From contig CALSCP010000733.1 of NCBI GenBank assembly GCA_943704425.1, forward strand, positions 62,001 through 126,000: a stretch of DNA of 64,000 bases, written 5' to 3'. The notes under the pieces were generated by a model. The model was not told the origin of the DNA and searched no databases. It worked only from the letters and a program-made list of their open reading frames with translations. How positions within the stretch are numbered: the first letter of the stretch is position 1; each line of letters opens with the position of its first letter. This DNA comes from Ministeria vibrans ATCC 50519. Taxonomy: Eukaryota; Protista; Filasterea. Of the stretch, positions 12,001-23,500 are shown piece by piece. The position numbers were made by a program, and so were the translations under genes.

Positions 12001-14315
12001 CACCATCATCAGGAGATTCGTCTCATCGACGGGCATATCGCGAGAGCGCTTCAACCGAGAGCTCCAGAATTCGTCTGATAGCTTCAGTCGGTTCTGCTCC
12101 TGGTCGACCAAATGGCGCAAAGACGCTGGCATCATCTCGGTGAAAATGGGATTTTGCAGGAGTGACTCGACCACATCATTCTGTGTCTGCGTGGCACGCC
12201 CACTCGTGCGAAGCAGAGTGTAGGCGCTGATGGCGGCAAGCATGGAGACGGCATCAACGGAAAGTGCCGCCGCATTCGCTTTGGACGATTTGTTTTTGTT
12301 TTTGATGAGTTTGATGAAGTCGCGTACACGACTACGGAAGGTGGACTTGGAGTTGTCGGGAAGCTTGAAACGCAGCCCAAGCACAATGGTGGCTGACAGA
12401 CCGTCTGCACTACGAGATGAATAGGTCTGACTGCGAGGGAGCGACAACTTGACAGGATCATCCAGCTGGCTCGAGGCAATGGAGTACTCAAGCACGTCGG
12501 TGTCCAGCTCAAACTTGAGCGTCATTGCGCTGTGGCCTTGCAAAAGCTTGTGACCGGTAAAGGCAAGAAAGCGATCGGACTTGAGGAGGCGGTGTTGAAG
12601 CTGAATGTCGACGCTGTAGGGGTCACTCAGCAAATCGTTGCTGGCACGCTCGGACAAAGATGATTCGCGTAAGATGCGCTCACTCTCGACGGCAATCTCA
12701 AAGACTTCAAGCTTCTGACCGTCCGTGTTGAGTGTGGCAACGCACACTTCCAGCAGACTCTGCTTAACATCAGCATCTGCGGCACAGCGTACCACGGCTT
12801 GACTGCGAGAGATACCGCCAGACGAATGGGAGGCGACCATGGTCGGGCCAGAGGATGCAGTAGAGGAGACGGTCGCAGGCAAGGAAGACAGGTTGGCTAG
12901 CAGATCTTGCAGAGAGATATATTCGTCCCGCATCAGGCCAGCATTGCGATGGCAGTTCACAAAGACATTGGAGAAGATCTCCTTGAGAAGCGGGCGCGAG
13001 CGTGTGAGGTACGGGTTGCTGCGTGTGCCTGACTTGAGACCAAAAGCGGCAAGGTCAAAATCATTGGCGAGAGCATCAAACAGAAGTGTAAGACGAGGGG
13101 GTCCGAGCGTGCTGATTATTTCAGTAGGATAATCCTCGGTGAGACGCTGAATGGCGCCAAGGACTGGGGAAGCGAATTCAACGAGTTTGCGAGTCTCCGG
13201 AGGGTGAAGGAGATATTCGCAAAGAGTCGAAGGATCGCGGCGCCACGAAATGAGCTTGTAGCAGAGAAGCCGAAGGCGTGCGTGTTCGAGGGTACCCCGG
13301 TCAACGGTGTTGTGTAGCGAGAGCGCCGAGTCCGCCTTGGAACAGAGGCGCTCCACAAGGTCGAGAGACGAGCGAGCTTTGATTGTGGATTTGACGGCAT
13401 CCGGGACGTTGTGGAAGAGGAGGTCGCAAGCGATCGTTGTACACCGCTTGATCGGGTGCAAAAAGAGCCACACCCGCGCGGCTCGCTTGACAAGGTCAGC
13501 AGAGAGAGAGGCGTTTGATTCCAGACGGAGGCGCATGGCATTGCCATCTTTCGCCTCGTCCGCCGCATCCTTTATCTCCTTCCAGTCGCCAGCGCCACAC
13601 CAATCTTCCGCCTTTTGTACGTTTGGCTGCGAAGAAAAGAATAAATACAACAAATAAATAAATGATAAATAATAATGTATGTACATACTTGCATGAGGAC
13701 AGACCACTCCATGCGCTCCGAAGAATCACACTCTCTGCTCAGTTGAAAGATCAGTCTCCAGCACTTGTCGAGTGTCTCCCTCCGGCGCTCCTCCGTCAGG
13801 AACACCCTTGACCTCAGCAGCGACGTGTCCTTGTCCAGATCCGTGGGCTCCTTGGGCCAGGCCCCGCCGTGCTCGTGCAGCAGCTTGCACATCTCGTAGG
13901 AGGGTAAAATAATTTTATCCCGTTCATTCGGCTCCAACAGCTTCACAATCGTCACCCTACACCAACAATGCAGACACGTTTAACATTTTATTCCCAGCAT
14001 TCCAGCAAGGTCACTGTCAGACGCGAAGGAGAGGAGGAGAGCGAACCGATTTTTTTTTTTTCTCTCCTCTTTTTTTTCTCCACAACCAACGTACGCTCGA
14101 ACGGCTCTTGGAAGACTCAATCCAGCACTGCCCTCGCCCTGCCACTCGGAGCAGCCAAGCGCGCGTTGGAGGATGGCATAGAGGCCGTGGGGCGACTCGT
14201 CGTGGAGGATTGCGGCGATGCCCTTGAGCGACGATGGCGCGGGCGCGTTGTGTGATGGCGGCGGAGGGGCGATCCAAGACGCCCCGTGCTTGTGCGGGCG
14301 CTTCCCTGACGGCAT
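1..14315 (-). CDS. Giant (>4,700 aa, 3' end outside window) P-loop/AAA+-type ATPase protein with C-terminal class-I-GATase-like domain and vWA (MIDAS) domain; exons 14315-14095, 13956-13689, 13626-<1
   Basis: Manual reading of the minus frame found no stop from 13626 to base 1 (parts of the repeat arrays at 5640-6420 were judged from unit lengths that are multiples of 3). Walker A SPPGAGKT ~4156-4179; Walker B WLVVDEYH ~3980-4002; GNR sensor-like motif ~3885. vWA motifs DVCVILDLSGSM (~418-453), GLTAY, WRPKEAARRLVIFQTDGYP (~121-177). GT-AG introns 14094-13957 (phase 2) and 13688-13627 (phase 0) keep the frame. Confidence 0.88.
5522..6078 (-). repeat. In-frame coding tandem array: 6 units alternating 96 and 90 bp (186-bp higher-order repeat), EDMFTGPFGQEEATEERSNGPSSNSD.LAENH / EDMFTGFEWETAEER.NRPSSNSDFLAENH
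   Basis: The anchor aaatcactgtttgaaga recurs at 5531, 5627, 5717, 5813, 5903 and 5999 (spacings 96, 90, 96, 90, 96). Confidence 0.95.
6105..6410 (-). repeat. Second in-frame coding repeat, 3 copies (EQSRRLISPVASGEAAPELDAEKSDF-like), spacings 90 and 111 bp
   Basis: agtcgctct...cccgacgcaact...gcgtcg recurs near 6110, 6200 and 6311. Confidence 0.9.
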
Positions 14316-14597
14316 GATCCCTCAGTCGCAACAGTACACACACACACTCACACACACCGAGTCCGTCTCGAAACAAACGAAAAGATTTGAGAGAGTGACT
14401 GAGATTTATTTATTTGTCTGAGAATAAATAAACGAAGAAATTATCTTGTCGTTCGTTTTTTTCTCGAGGTTGATGCAACGGAAAAAAGTAAGTTGATCAA
14501 GTCCCAAAAAACGGCCAAGTCAATGAATTTCTTCTTCATACGCTCTTGAAGTCTAAAGTCCCTTTGCTTGGCTGGCCACTGCAGTCTCTCGACCGTC
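14316..14597. promoter_or_regulatory. Probable bidirectional promoter between the two giant ATPase genes
   Basis: 282 bp between divergent predicted ATGs, with A/T tracts and a short CA repeat. Inferred from position only. Confidence 0.55.
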
Positions 14598-17500
14598 ATG
14601 TCGGTTCCCGAGGACGATTTGGTCGCCAATAAGCACCTTGAGGAACTCAACATCTGCTTTGAGAATGCCTGGGCCGAAGCCCGCACGCTTCCGGTCTTCC
14701 GCGACATGCTGCATGCAGTGTACGAGGATGATCCAACCAATGGTGCCCAGCCGGAGCTGCTTGGAGCCAAGGCAATGAGGTAATGGCGATTCTCGCTTAC
14801 TCTGTTTCTGTCTGACTTTATTTTCTCCCAATCCATCAATGAGCCATCGCCCTTTTAAAAATGCATTGCTGAAGGAAGATCCTTCTTCCATCTGCACATT
14901 TGGCCGCTACTGCGGATGATCCATGCTTGGCCAAGGCCCAACAACGACTAACCACCCCCAATCATAGTTCGTTTGACGAGGCGCCCGACGAGCAGCAAGA
15001 CATCTTCCTGTACATGCTGTGGGTGCTGTCCCACTTGGTCAACCAACATGGAGTCGTGGAACCGCTCTCCCGCTTGTCTACGCCTGATATTAGCCAAATG
15101 AGCATTGAAGAATTCCAAGTACGATCAATTCATAATAATTATTCATAATAATATTTTTTTTTCTCCTGAAACTCACAATCTCGAATAATTCATGTAGGTC
15201 ATCTTTCCCGCCTTGCGATTGTTTGGAGACGCCCTCCGCGACGACTGCACCGGCTTCATCCCACGGAATTTTTTCTGCGGCGCAAAACTTTTCACGCAAA
15301 ATACGTTGAGCTCGAATTCGGCTATGAAGGTCCACGAATCGTTGACGAAGAGCTGGAACGATGTGATCGAGAAAGGCCAACTGCCACATCATTGCTTGCT
15401 GTCCATTGGCGATTTCAACATACTGCGTGTCGTGCAGGAACTGCGAAACAAAGTCTTTGGCAAGCTTTGCCCGCTTGTGTCGCAAGCCGAGCAGGAGGTG
15501 AAGGAGCTGTTTGCGACGTGGAGCGATTTGCTCGACGTTGATGATCGTGCTGCGTTTGATGAGTTTAAGGAGTTGCTCGTTCCCACGATCATCAACCAAA
15601 ATAACCAGCCATCTCGTCAGAGAAGCGCCGTGCAAGAAGCAAAATTCCATCGCCCTTTCCCCATTCCGCTCCCGCCCAAGTTCTCTAGCTCTGGCGAGGA
15701 TTCCGCCAAAGTGCATCAACTCCTTCACCGTCTCACTTGCAGCGACTTTGCCTTGTGGGCTCACCGCTTCAAGAAGTCCAGTACGTGCACACCACTCGCA
15801 AACATACTCACTCACAATCTTGCCACTTACACAGGGGAGTCGCACCAGACGGATACTCACCGTGACCACTCTTCCAAATTGGTATTGGATGTGTTGAAAT
15901 TGTCAGATGACAAGGCTAAAACACGCGAAGATTACCTGTGGCGCAATGCGAAGCTGAAGGACTTTGTTGAGAAGTGCGAGTCCAAGTGTCTGCTAGATGT
16001 CGATTTGAAATTGGAGCGCACCTATCGCTCCTTCTGCGACACGATCCGCCAGGACTGTTTTCAGACACGCCAGGCCGAGGCACTCGCGGAGGAGCGCAAC
16101 AATCCCATGCTACTCCTTCTGGACCTGCACGAGACGTTCGAGATCAGCGGCACTCCGGTCAGTCTGGGCGGCTCGGCCACCACACGTTCAACTCCCACCA
16201 CTGCGAGCGCAGCCGGTTCTAGCGCACCTCCCATTCTACCGCTACCCCAACGAGACGCTGGAGAGGGTGGTGGCGACGGTCTTGAGGACAATGCCGAGCA
16301 ACACACGCGTGCAGTCTTTCTCTACGGCTACCAGGCCGGCTCGAGCAGCACGTCGAAGCGCATGCGCTACTCGGTCCCTGTCAAACTCGCCGACAAGGAT
16401 GGCATTGCCAACATTGAAGTGCGAACGGTCGCTCTCCCATTGCACATGCTCTATCTGCTTCTCGACACTCGTGACAGCGAGGAGTACTTGCGAAAGCTCT
16501 CGAGCGACGAGACAAATGAGGCGTCGGGCGAGTCGATGCGTCGCCGCGTCGTTCTCTCCTTTTGCAACGAGCAAGAATTCGGCGTGTACTCTCAGAAATC
16601 TTCTAACGCGTCAAGTCGGCGGCCCACTCATTGGGAGGAAATGATCACCTCTCTGAAGAAAGAATTCTCCGACTTGATTATTTCTCTTGAGCCCGAAAGC
16701 GGCGCGCACGAAAACGGCAGCGATCGCATAGCAGATGGTCCCTCCAACCTGCGTCTGTCTCTCTCCAGCTGCATTGTCAAAGAACGCCACAGTGTTGCCA
16801 GTATGACAAGCGTTGTGCCAATGCCCGCCACAAAGAGCGTCATTCGTGTCAAGATGGGGCGCAACGAGACCGAATTGGAGGAGTGCATAACCATCGCCTC
16901 GTTGGTGTGCTGCTCCAATGTGCCCGAGTCTGTCAGCACCAAAATTATCCAACGCTTCTACGACACGGCGCACGACATCAAGAGTGCCTCTCTGCGCACC
17001 TCGGCGCGTACCCTCTGCGACGCTGTCATGGTCAAGTCGCTCACACATGTGTGGGTCAACAGCGAGGCTGTGGACGATTCGGACGCCAGCGAAGCGCGCT
17101 CTTCACGTCCTCTCGCGACGTCGACAGCGCCTGCCATGAGCCTTTCCAGCGCGTTTATCACAGAAGACTTTCGTGAGCTTTTGAAAGTCCTGCCCAAAAA
17201 CGATGGCTCGGCGGCAGCCCGCGAGCACTTCAGTCGCATCCTCTACATTGCCTTTCCGGGCCTTCTTCACAACCTTTCGATACACCACTTCTTCCAATAT
17301 CTCAACTCCGATCCGCCTACGTGGCCAACCGCCGCCGTTATGCCCTCCTTTACGGACCTCCTTGCCTCGACACCCTTCATGCGGGCGCGCAATCTCAACA
17401 ACACTAGTCTACGTGCAACCTCGGCCGACGTGGCCGACATTCTGTCGCTCCTCTACAGCGGCGCTGTGTCCTCTGCAGTCTTTCTTATCCGCGCCTGCCA

Positions 17501-20500
17501 TCTCAAGATCCTCAACATGGCCATTGTTGATTTTATTCGCACACCTTTCACGCGCTTTGTCATCGACGGCAACAACTTTGAGGGCGCACTAGTCATGCTC
17601 AACTCGCAGTTTCCCGCCAACTCCTGGGACGGTTTTCGGCTTCTTCTCGTCGACGTTCAGCCTTCCGTTGCTCCAAGCGATCTTGTCCGCCTTCTCTCTG
17701 TCATCCAGCGCCCCGGTCTTGTCTCATTTTTGATCTACAACGCAGGTGTTGTTGCAGGTCTGCGCTGTGTTGACCGCCTCTGCAGTCATGCGGAATGGTC
17801 TCGCTCAGGCACCGACAACTCAAGCGACATTGACTCCATCGCCCTGTCGCGTGTACTTCTTACCCGCCTTACACCCGAATCGACGGACCGCCTGATCGAA
17901 TTTGACTCATCCGACCGTGCCATCAGTGCTCTCTTTTTGGCGCTCAATGCGTCGGCGAGCGTCGCCCCCGAAGCAATCGTGAAAGCATGCCCGCCAATCC
18001 AGAAAACGTTGCTTCCGCCTGGTGCTGAGACAAGTGCCTGGCGCGAGCGTGTTGGTGACTTCTTTGACCTGGACGTGTCCACCGCCGACGATTCCGACTT
18101 TTCCAGCTACATTGTCAAGCGACATGATTCCGCCTCGCTCGGGCTCATGATCCTGGTGGGTGCCTCCCCCGAGTTTCTCACGGCCTCCCTTGAGGCCAAG
18201 CCCTGGGCCAACACCCTTTTTGAAGTCGACTCATCGCTTCGCTCTACCTCTTCCAGTAGCGCCACTTCGCACAAGGCTGCATCGCAGCGTCGCTCCTCGT
18301 TTGCGCCCGACTCCCAAGGTGATTGGACGCAAAAACTCTTTTCCTTTCTCGAGACTAGCCGCGACCCTTGTCAACCTGTGCGCGTGATTGTTCACAAGGC
18401 ACACCTGCTCTCAAAGAAGATGCGACGCGACATCGTATATGCGGCTATTGCCGCAAGCACTCGCACTCGCGGCCTTTCTGTGCGCCTCCTGTTCATCGAG
18501 CCCGCCTACAATCCGTGCTACGAGACAATTTTCGAGTCGTCCGATTTTGTCACGCAAGCCACGAAGAATGGCAGTGCGGCGCTCGTCACCAATGACTTGC
18601 ACCCGCTGTGGTGCTATGCTGCGTCGCCCATTGACCCACTCCCACAGGATGCAACCGACTGCATGATCCTCGTGTGGTGTGTGCGTCGTGCTTTTTTGCT
18701 GCTCGGCTCGACTTTTGTCGCTCCGTCGCACTCCGATCCGGCTCAGCAAGAGAATCTCGGTCCTTCCTCCACCCCCCACGAAGCACTCAAAACCGCAGCA
18801 ACGAACCTGCCCGACAGCAACAAACTGTGCGAGTTTTTTCAAACGTACCCTCACGCTCTGACAAAGCTTGCGATGCTCACCAGCAACCTGAAACAGTCAC
18901 ACAATGTGGAACTCGACGAACTTCGACGTCTCGTCGTTTTCTCCGCCTCTGTCGCCCTTAAGGCAATGCAAAATATTGTGCCGTATGTTGTGCCGGAAAC
19001 GGAAGGGCGCCCTGTCTTTGCGACCCTCGCCATGGCGACGCTTGCGGCGGTGGAGTTTGTCGGCCAACAGTCCGCCAGTAAATGCGTGGAGCTTGAGTGC
19101 ACCTTTCCCAAATTCATTGAGCGATGGCCTCTCGCATGTATCGCCCCACAACATGTGCGTGTAGCCGCCTATGTGAGCTTTCTGAAGTGCGCCATCGCAT
19201 CCATTCGTGGCGCCCATGAGCACGACCAGGCATGTTCGCTCTGGGCCTTCAATGTGTTCCGCAAGGCCCAAGGTCGCTCGTTCACATCCTTGTTGCCCAA
19301 TTTTCTTCAACCGTACGTGCTCTCGCGACGCTCTGCCTCTGAGACTGGCAACGGTAACGACCAAGGATCTGTCGGCTACCTACTAGAGACGACACCCCTT
19401 GCGACTTCCAGCGCCGCCTCTGCCGGCTTGGCTCACCTCGTCATCATGAGTGGCCGCCTTGATTACAACACGCTCACCGACTCGTGGAACAACTTTGCAT
19501 ATGGCAGTGAGGCCCTGTTGACCATCCTCAAGTCTGGCAATGACCCACTGCTTTACTTGCTGTGTGTCTCCTCGGCGAGCCTCTCGCGTATTTTTCCAAG
19601 TCCCCATGCTTTGAAGATGAAAGTTACCAACGATTTGCGCAGACGATTGTGCGAACAGCTGTGTGCCTTGTCCGCCTATTTTCAATATGAGGAAGAGGCT
19701 CGCCGGCGTATCGGGACCGGTGGAGACTCAGCCAAACCCTTGGCGGAGAGACTCGATTGGCTTCTTGATCGCATCAGCTTTGTCAAGTGGCTCCTTGTCG
19801 CGTCTCACCTTGAGGATGCTCCTTCCGTTGCCTTTCACAGCGACGACCTTGACCGAGTCCTTGCACGAGGTCATGTTCCCTTGGATTCCGGCGACAGCAA
19901 CTTGGATCCCACAGTCATTGCCATGCTACTTTGTCTCGACGAGCTCGGCAGCAACTCGGGCGAGAGTACAACGTTGTTTCAGAGCCTCAAAGAAGTGAAA
20001 CTCTCTGCGGTGTGGCTGCTGCTTGCTCGGGAAGATAAAGGCGCGGAAGAGAACGCGCGTGTTAGACTCCAGCTTGGCGAAGCATGGACCAAGAGCCTGA
20101 ATGAATCTTTGTCGGCGCGCGACTCATCTGCGGATCATTTGACTCACCCCACGATCAACTCGCGTGCGAACGTTCATTTCGACGATCGCTCCGATACGTC
20201 ACTCGTAGACTATGTCGTGGAGACTCTTCTCAACTTGCCTAGGCTTGCCTCCTTGGATCAATATTCGCTCGTTTGCGATATGTCATTCAAATTCACGCCC
20301 AAAGCACTGGCTCGAGTCTGTCTTCATTTGGAGACACTCGATCGAGTTGACCAAGCCGCGATGTTGGCTCTTGTCCACGACAACATTGCCGCCACTGAAG
20401 TGTATCGTCAGGTCGTGGAAGTTGCCTGTGAGTTTCCTACCCTGAGCCGTCTTCTGAAATTTCTCAATGCTGTTGTTGCCATTGTGCTTCGCTGCGGATT

Positions 20501-23500
20501 CGAAGACTGGCGCGAACCCAAGCACCTCCAGCTGCTCCTTGCTCTTCGCCCGTCGTTTGCTCTTCCGGTGGCCCTTTTGGAGTTTCTCCTTATGTGTCTA
20601 TCCCGTGATTCGTCTTTAACGTGTCTCCTCTCCGGTGATTCCCTTCCTTCCGAATGGCTTGAATATTATGCAAAGCGCTCGGATTCTGTACTGAGCAAAG
20701 CCGCGCAGCATGCGCTTGAAGTATTGCTGACCGTGCAACAGCAATCCACGCACCCCACCGCCTTGCTCCATGACTTTGCTCTCAAATCGAGCTCCCCTGT
20801 CGCCATGGCCTTGCTCAGTCTCGTGTGGGCGAACGAGCCAAACCCTATGCAGGACCCGCGCGACCGTTTGCAATTTGTTGGCAAGCTGGTCATGGATGAG
20901 AGCACGGCCGACAGCATTGTCGATGGCGCGATGGCTCTCATGCAACAGTCGCTTGTTAATCGACATTGCTGGAGCTTGCGGTCGCTGGCAATCTTTGCTT
21001 CGTGTGTCTGGTGCATTTTTCCTTGCTCTGGTTTTTGCCCACCCCTGCTCGTGTGGCACTATCTTTTCGACTCGTTGGAAGCATCAGCAGAGGAAGCCGG
21101 AGACAGCAGTGCTGAGTCAGCTGATCCCATTTTGCTATTGCTGTGGCGAGAGTCGCGAACACACAAGGCAAGCTACGATCACGCCACGGAGAGTTACACG
21201 AGAATGGGAGACATTGCCAAGGCTGTTTTCCTGCCAATGACAGCCGATCTGTCGGTACTCTCTGCCATTTCGCAACTCTTGCCAGACAACGACGCTCTTC
21301 AAATTAGCACCATTTCCTCGACAACCAAGACACACCCTGATGAGTCCAACGTACGCGCACTTGCGCATCCGTTATGGAGCTGGAATGACTTTGGTCGCTC
21401 CGATGGACCATTGTTGGCGCTGTTGTCCCGTGCATTGAATGAACTTCACAAACGTGATGCCGAATGGTGGCCCCGAGGTCCCCCCTCTTACGTTGACGCA
21501 TTTGACGAAGATACTGTTTCTGGTGCCGAGTTTGACGACTATCAGCGTCTCTGGGGATCTGTGCGACGTATCCAGCTGGACGCCGGCCTCTCAGTCGAGG
21601 TTTTAGCAAACAACATTGATGCGTACGCGAGCGCCTTGGCATTGCTTCATACACCTGAGCGTGAGACCGACCGCGATGCATTTGATAACTGCGGTTACAC
21701 TCTGGAGAATGCCTTAAATGCTGTCTGGTTGCTCAGTCTCTGGTTTGCGCGATGTGGAATCTCGTGGGAACTTATTCCGCCTAGCTGCGATGCGATTCCA
21801 GACTTTCTAGTGCGACGCTTACATGAGAAGCACTTTGAAGGACTCACCGCCGTCCTTGAGACCGCTCTGGATGGCGTGCGAGACGGCACCATTCACCAAC
21901 TTCCCCAAGACATTAGCACCCGCATTTGCGGGATTGAGCACATGAGTGTGCAAACTCAACTAAGTTTTCATGCAACAAACGAGTCAAATCTTTTTGATCA
22001 CGGGCTGTCGAGCTTCAGCTACACGCTCGGCCGTCTGTTTGGCTTTGCACCGCGCTCTCTTGCTCACATTATCGTCGGTGACGGCAATGGCAGCTGGCCA
22101 CGCTACTCGCGTCACACAACCAAACGTGAGCGTTGTGAGAACCTCCTCCCGGACTGCACGCGTGCGATGCTTGACTTTGACGAGCAAGAAGATGAGTGCC
22201 GCTTCAAAGTGCGCACCGTCTTTTACTATTGTACGCTAAAGGACACCGCCGAGGCTCTGTATCCTGATCAGGATTTCCCCTCGGTTGTCTTTATGAAGCA
22301 GTACGTGTTTGATCCCGTTGAACAGTGGATGAAGACGTGCGACTTTGACATCGCTTCCCACAAGGTCCGACGACGAACTGCAAAGTTCATGTTGTTACTG
22401 GAGGAGCTGCTAAAAGCGCAGGGGCAGTTTGATCACGTGATGGAGTTTAACAACGCGCACAAGTTTGAAAGCCTTGGGAAAGAGTGGCGGAGCAGTTCCG
22501 CGGATGTCAAGATACTCGACTCGCTCTCTACTCTGTATGAGGATGCCAAAGCACAGGAGCCGCGCATCGCGAATGACGAACTTACGTTGCAGAGGGAGAT
22601 GCTGTCAACCATCCTGAAAAAAATCTATCCCGAGTTGACCGTGTCACCGGAGTCCGCTGCGCCGCATGTCGAATTTGAGCCTGTCGACGATGATTTTGAC
22701 CTGAGTGACCTGACTTCCGTCGCCGAGGATGACACGGCGAGCGACAGTACGGATGTGAGCGAGCATGACACCGACATTGATTATGCGACATTGTCTCCGC
22801 TCGCTCGTGTGGTGACCGTTCACGGCGATGGCGAGCAGGAAGCTCAGGGTGGCGCAACTTCGGCCGACGATCATGAGGTGCTCAACGCGGCCAAAGTCCG
22901 ATGGCTGTCGGAGGGAAAGCTCATTGTTGATGCAAGGGAGCTTCTCTTTCTACCTGAGACCGGCGCGGCCAGCTCCGAGATTAACGGTGCCCCCGAGCAT
23001 GTGTACTTCAAGCGTATGCGCGTGCGTGATGGCGCGCAATGTTTTCTGATTTTGCACCACGCCGAGGCACTGATTCGTGAGAAGGCAACTTGTGACGCTT
23101 TCCATGCGCTCAAGGGTGGTTCTGCACCAAGGGACACGTCGTGCACCGACTTTACGTACGTGTCTTTCTGCAACAACGTCCACAATGTATGTCTCAAAGA
23201 CGAGGTACTGCTCACGTTTGCAACCTATCGCGATGCGTGGATTTATCTGGACCGCACTCTCGGTGCGCGCTCCCTTGTCGTTGGACGAGGTATGTCGCTG
23301 TATCGCAATGGTGGACGGTCGTGGGAGGGTGTGGCGTTCATGCAGTCGCTCAGCCCCGATAATGTGATTTCTTTCATATCTGAGATCGACGCAATGGTGC
23401 CGTTTCTTCCTGGTGGCATTGCCGGATTACTTGGGCACTTGGACAAGAGAACGTCTTTGATTGAGTTCATCAAGACACTCGTGGTGAAACTCGTGCGTGG

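Noticed and set aside
235-13657. Dozens of short plus-strand ORFs and off-frame minus ORFs (e.g. 5484-6095)
   Set aside because: They are antisense or alternate-frame shadows of the continuous minus-strand reading frame.
1-14315. Midasin/Rea1 (MDN1) identity for the minus giant (about 5,000 aa, AAA + C-terminal vWA)
   Set aside because: Midasin has six tandem AAA modules in its N-terminal half with repeated GKT and DE(I/L)N motifs. Here I see one intact Walker A around residue 3,300, a DEYH Walker B, and a GATase-like domain before the vWA.
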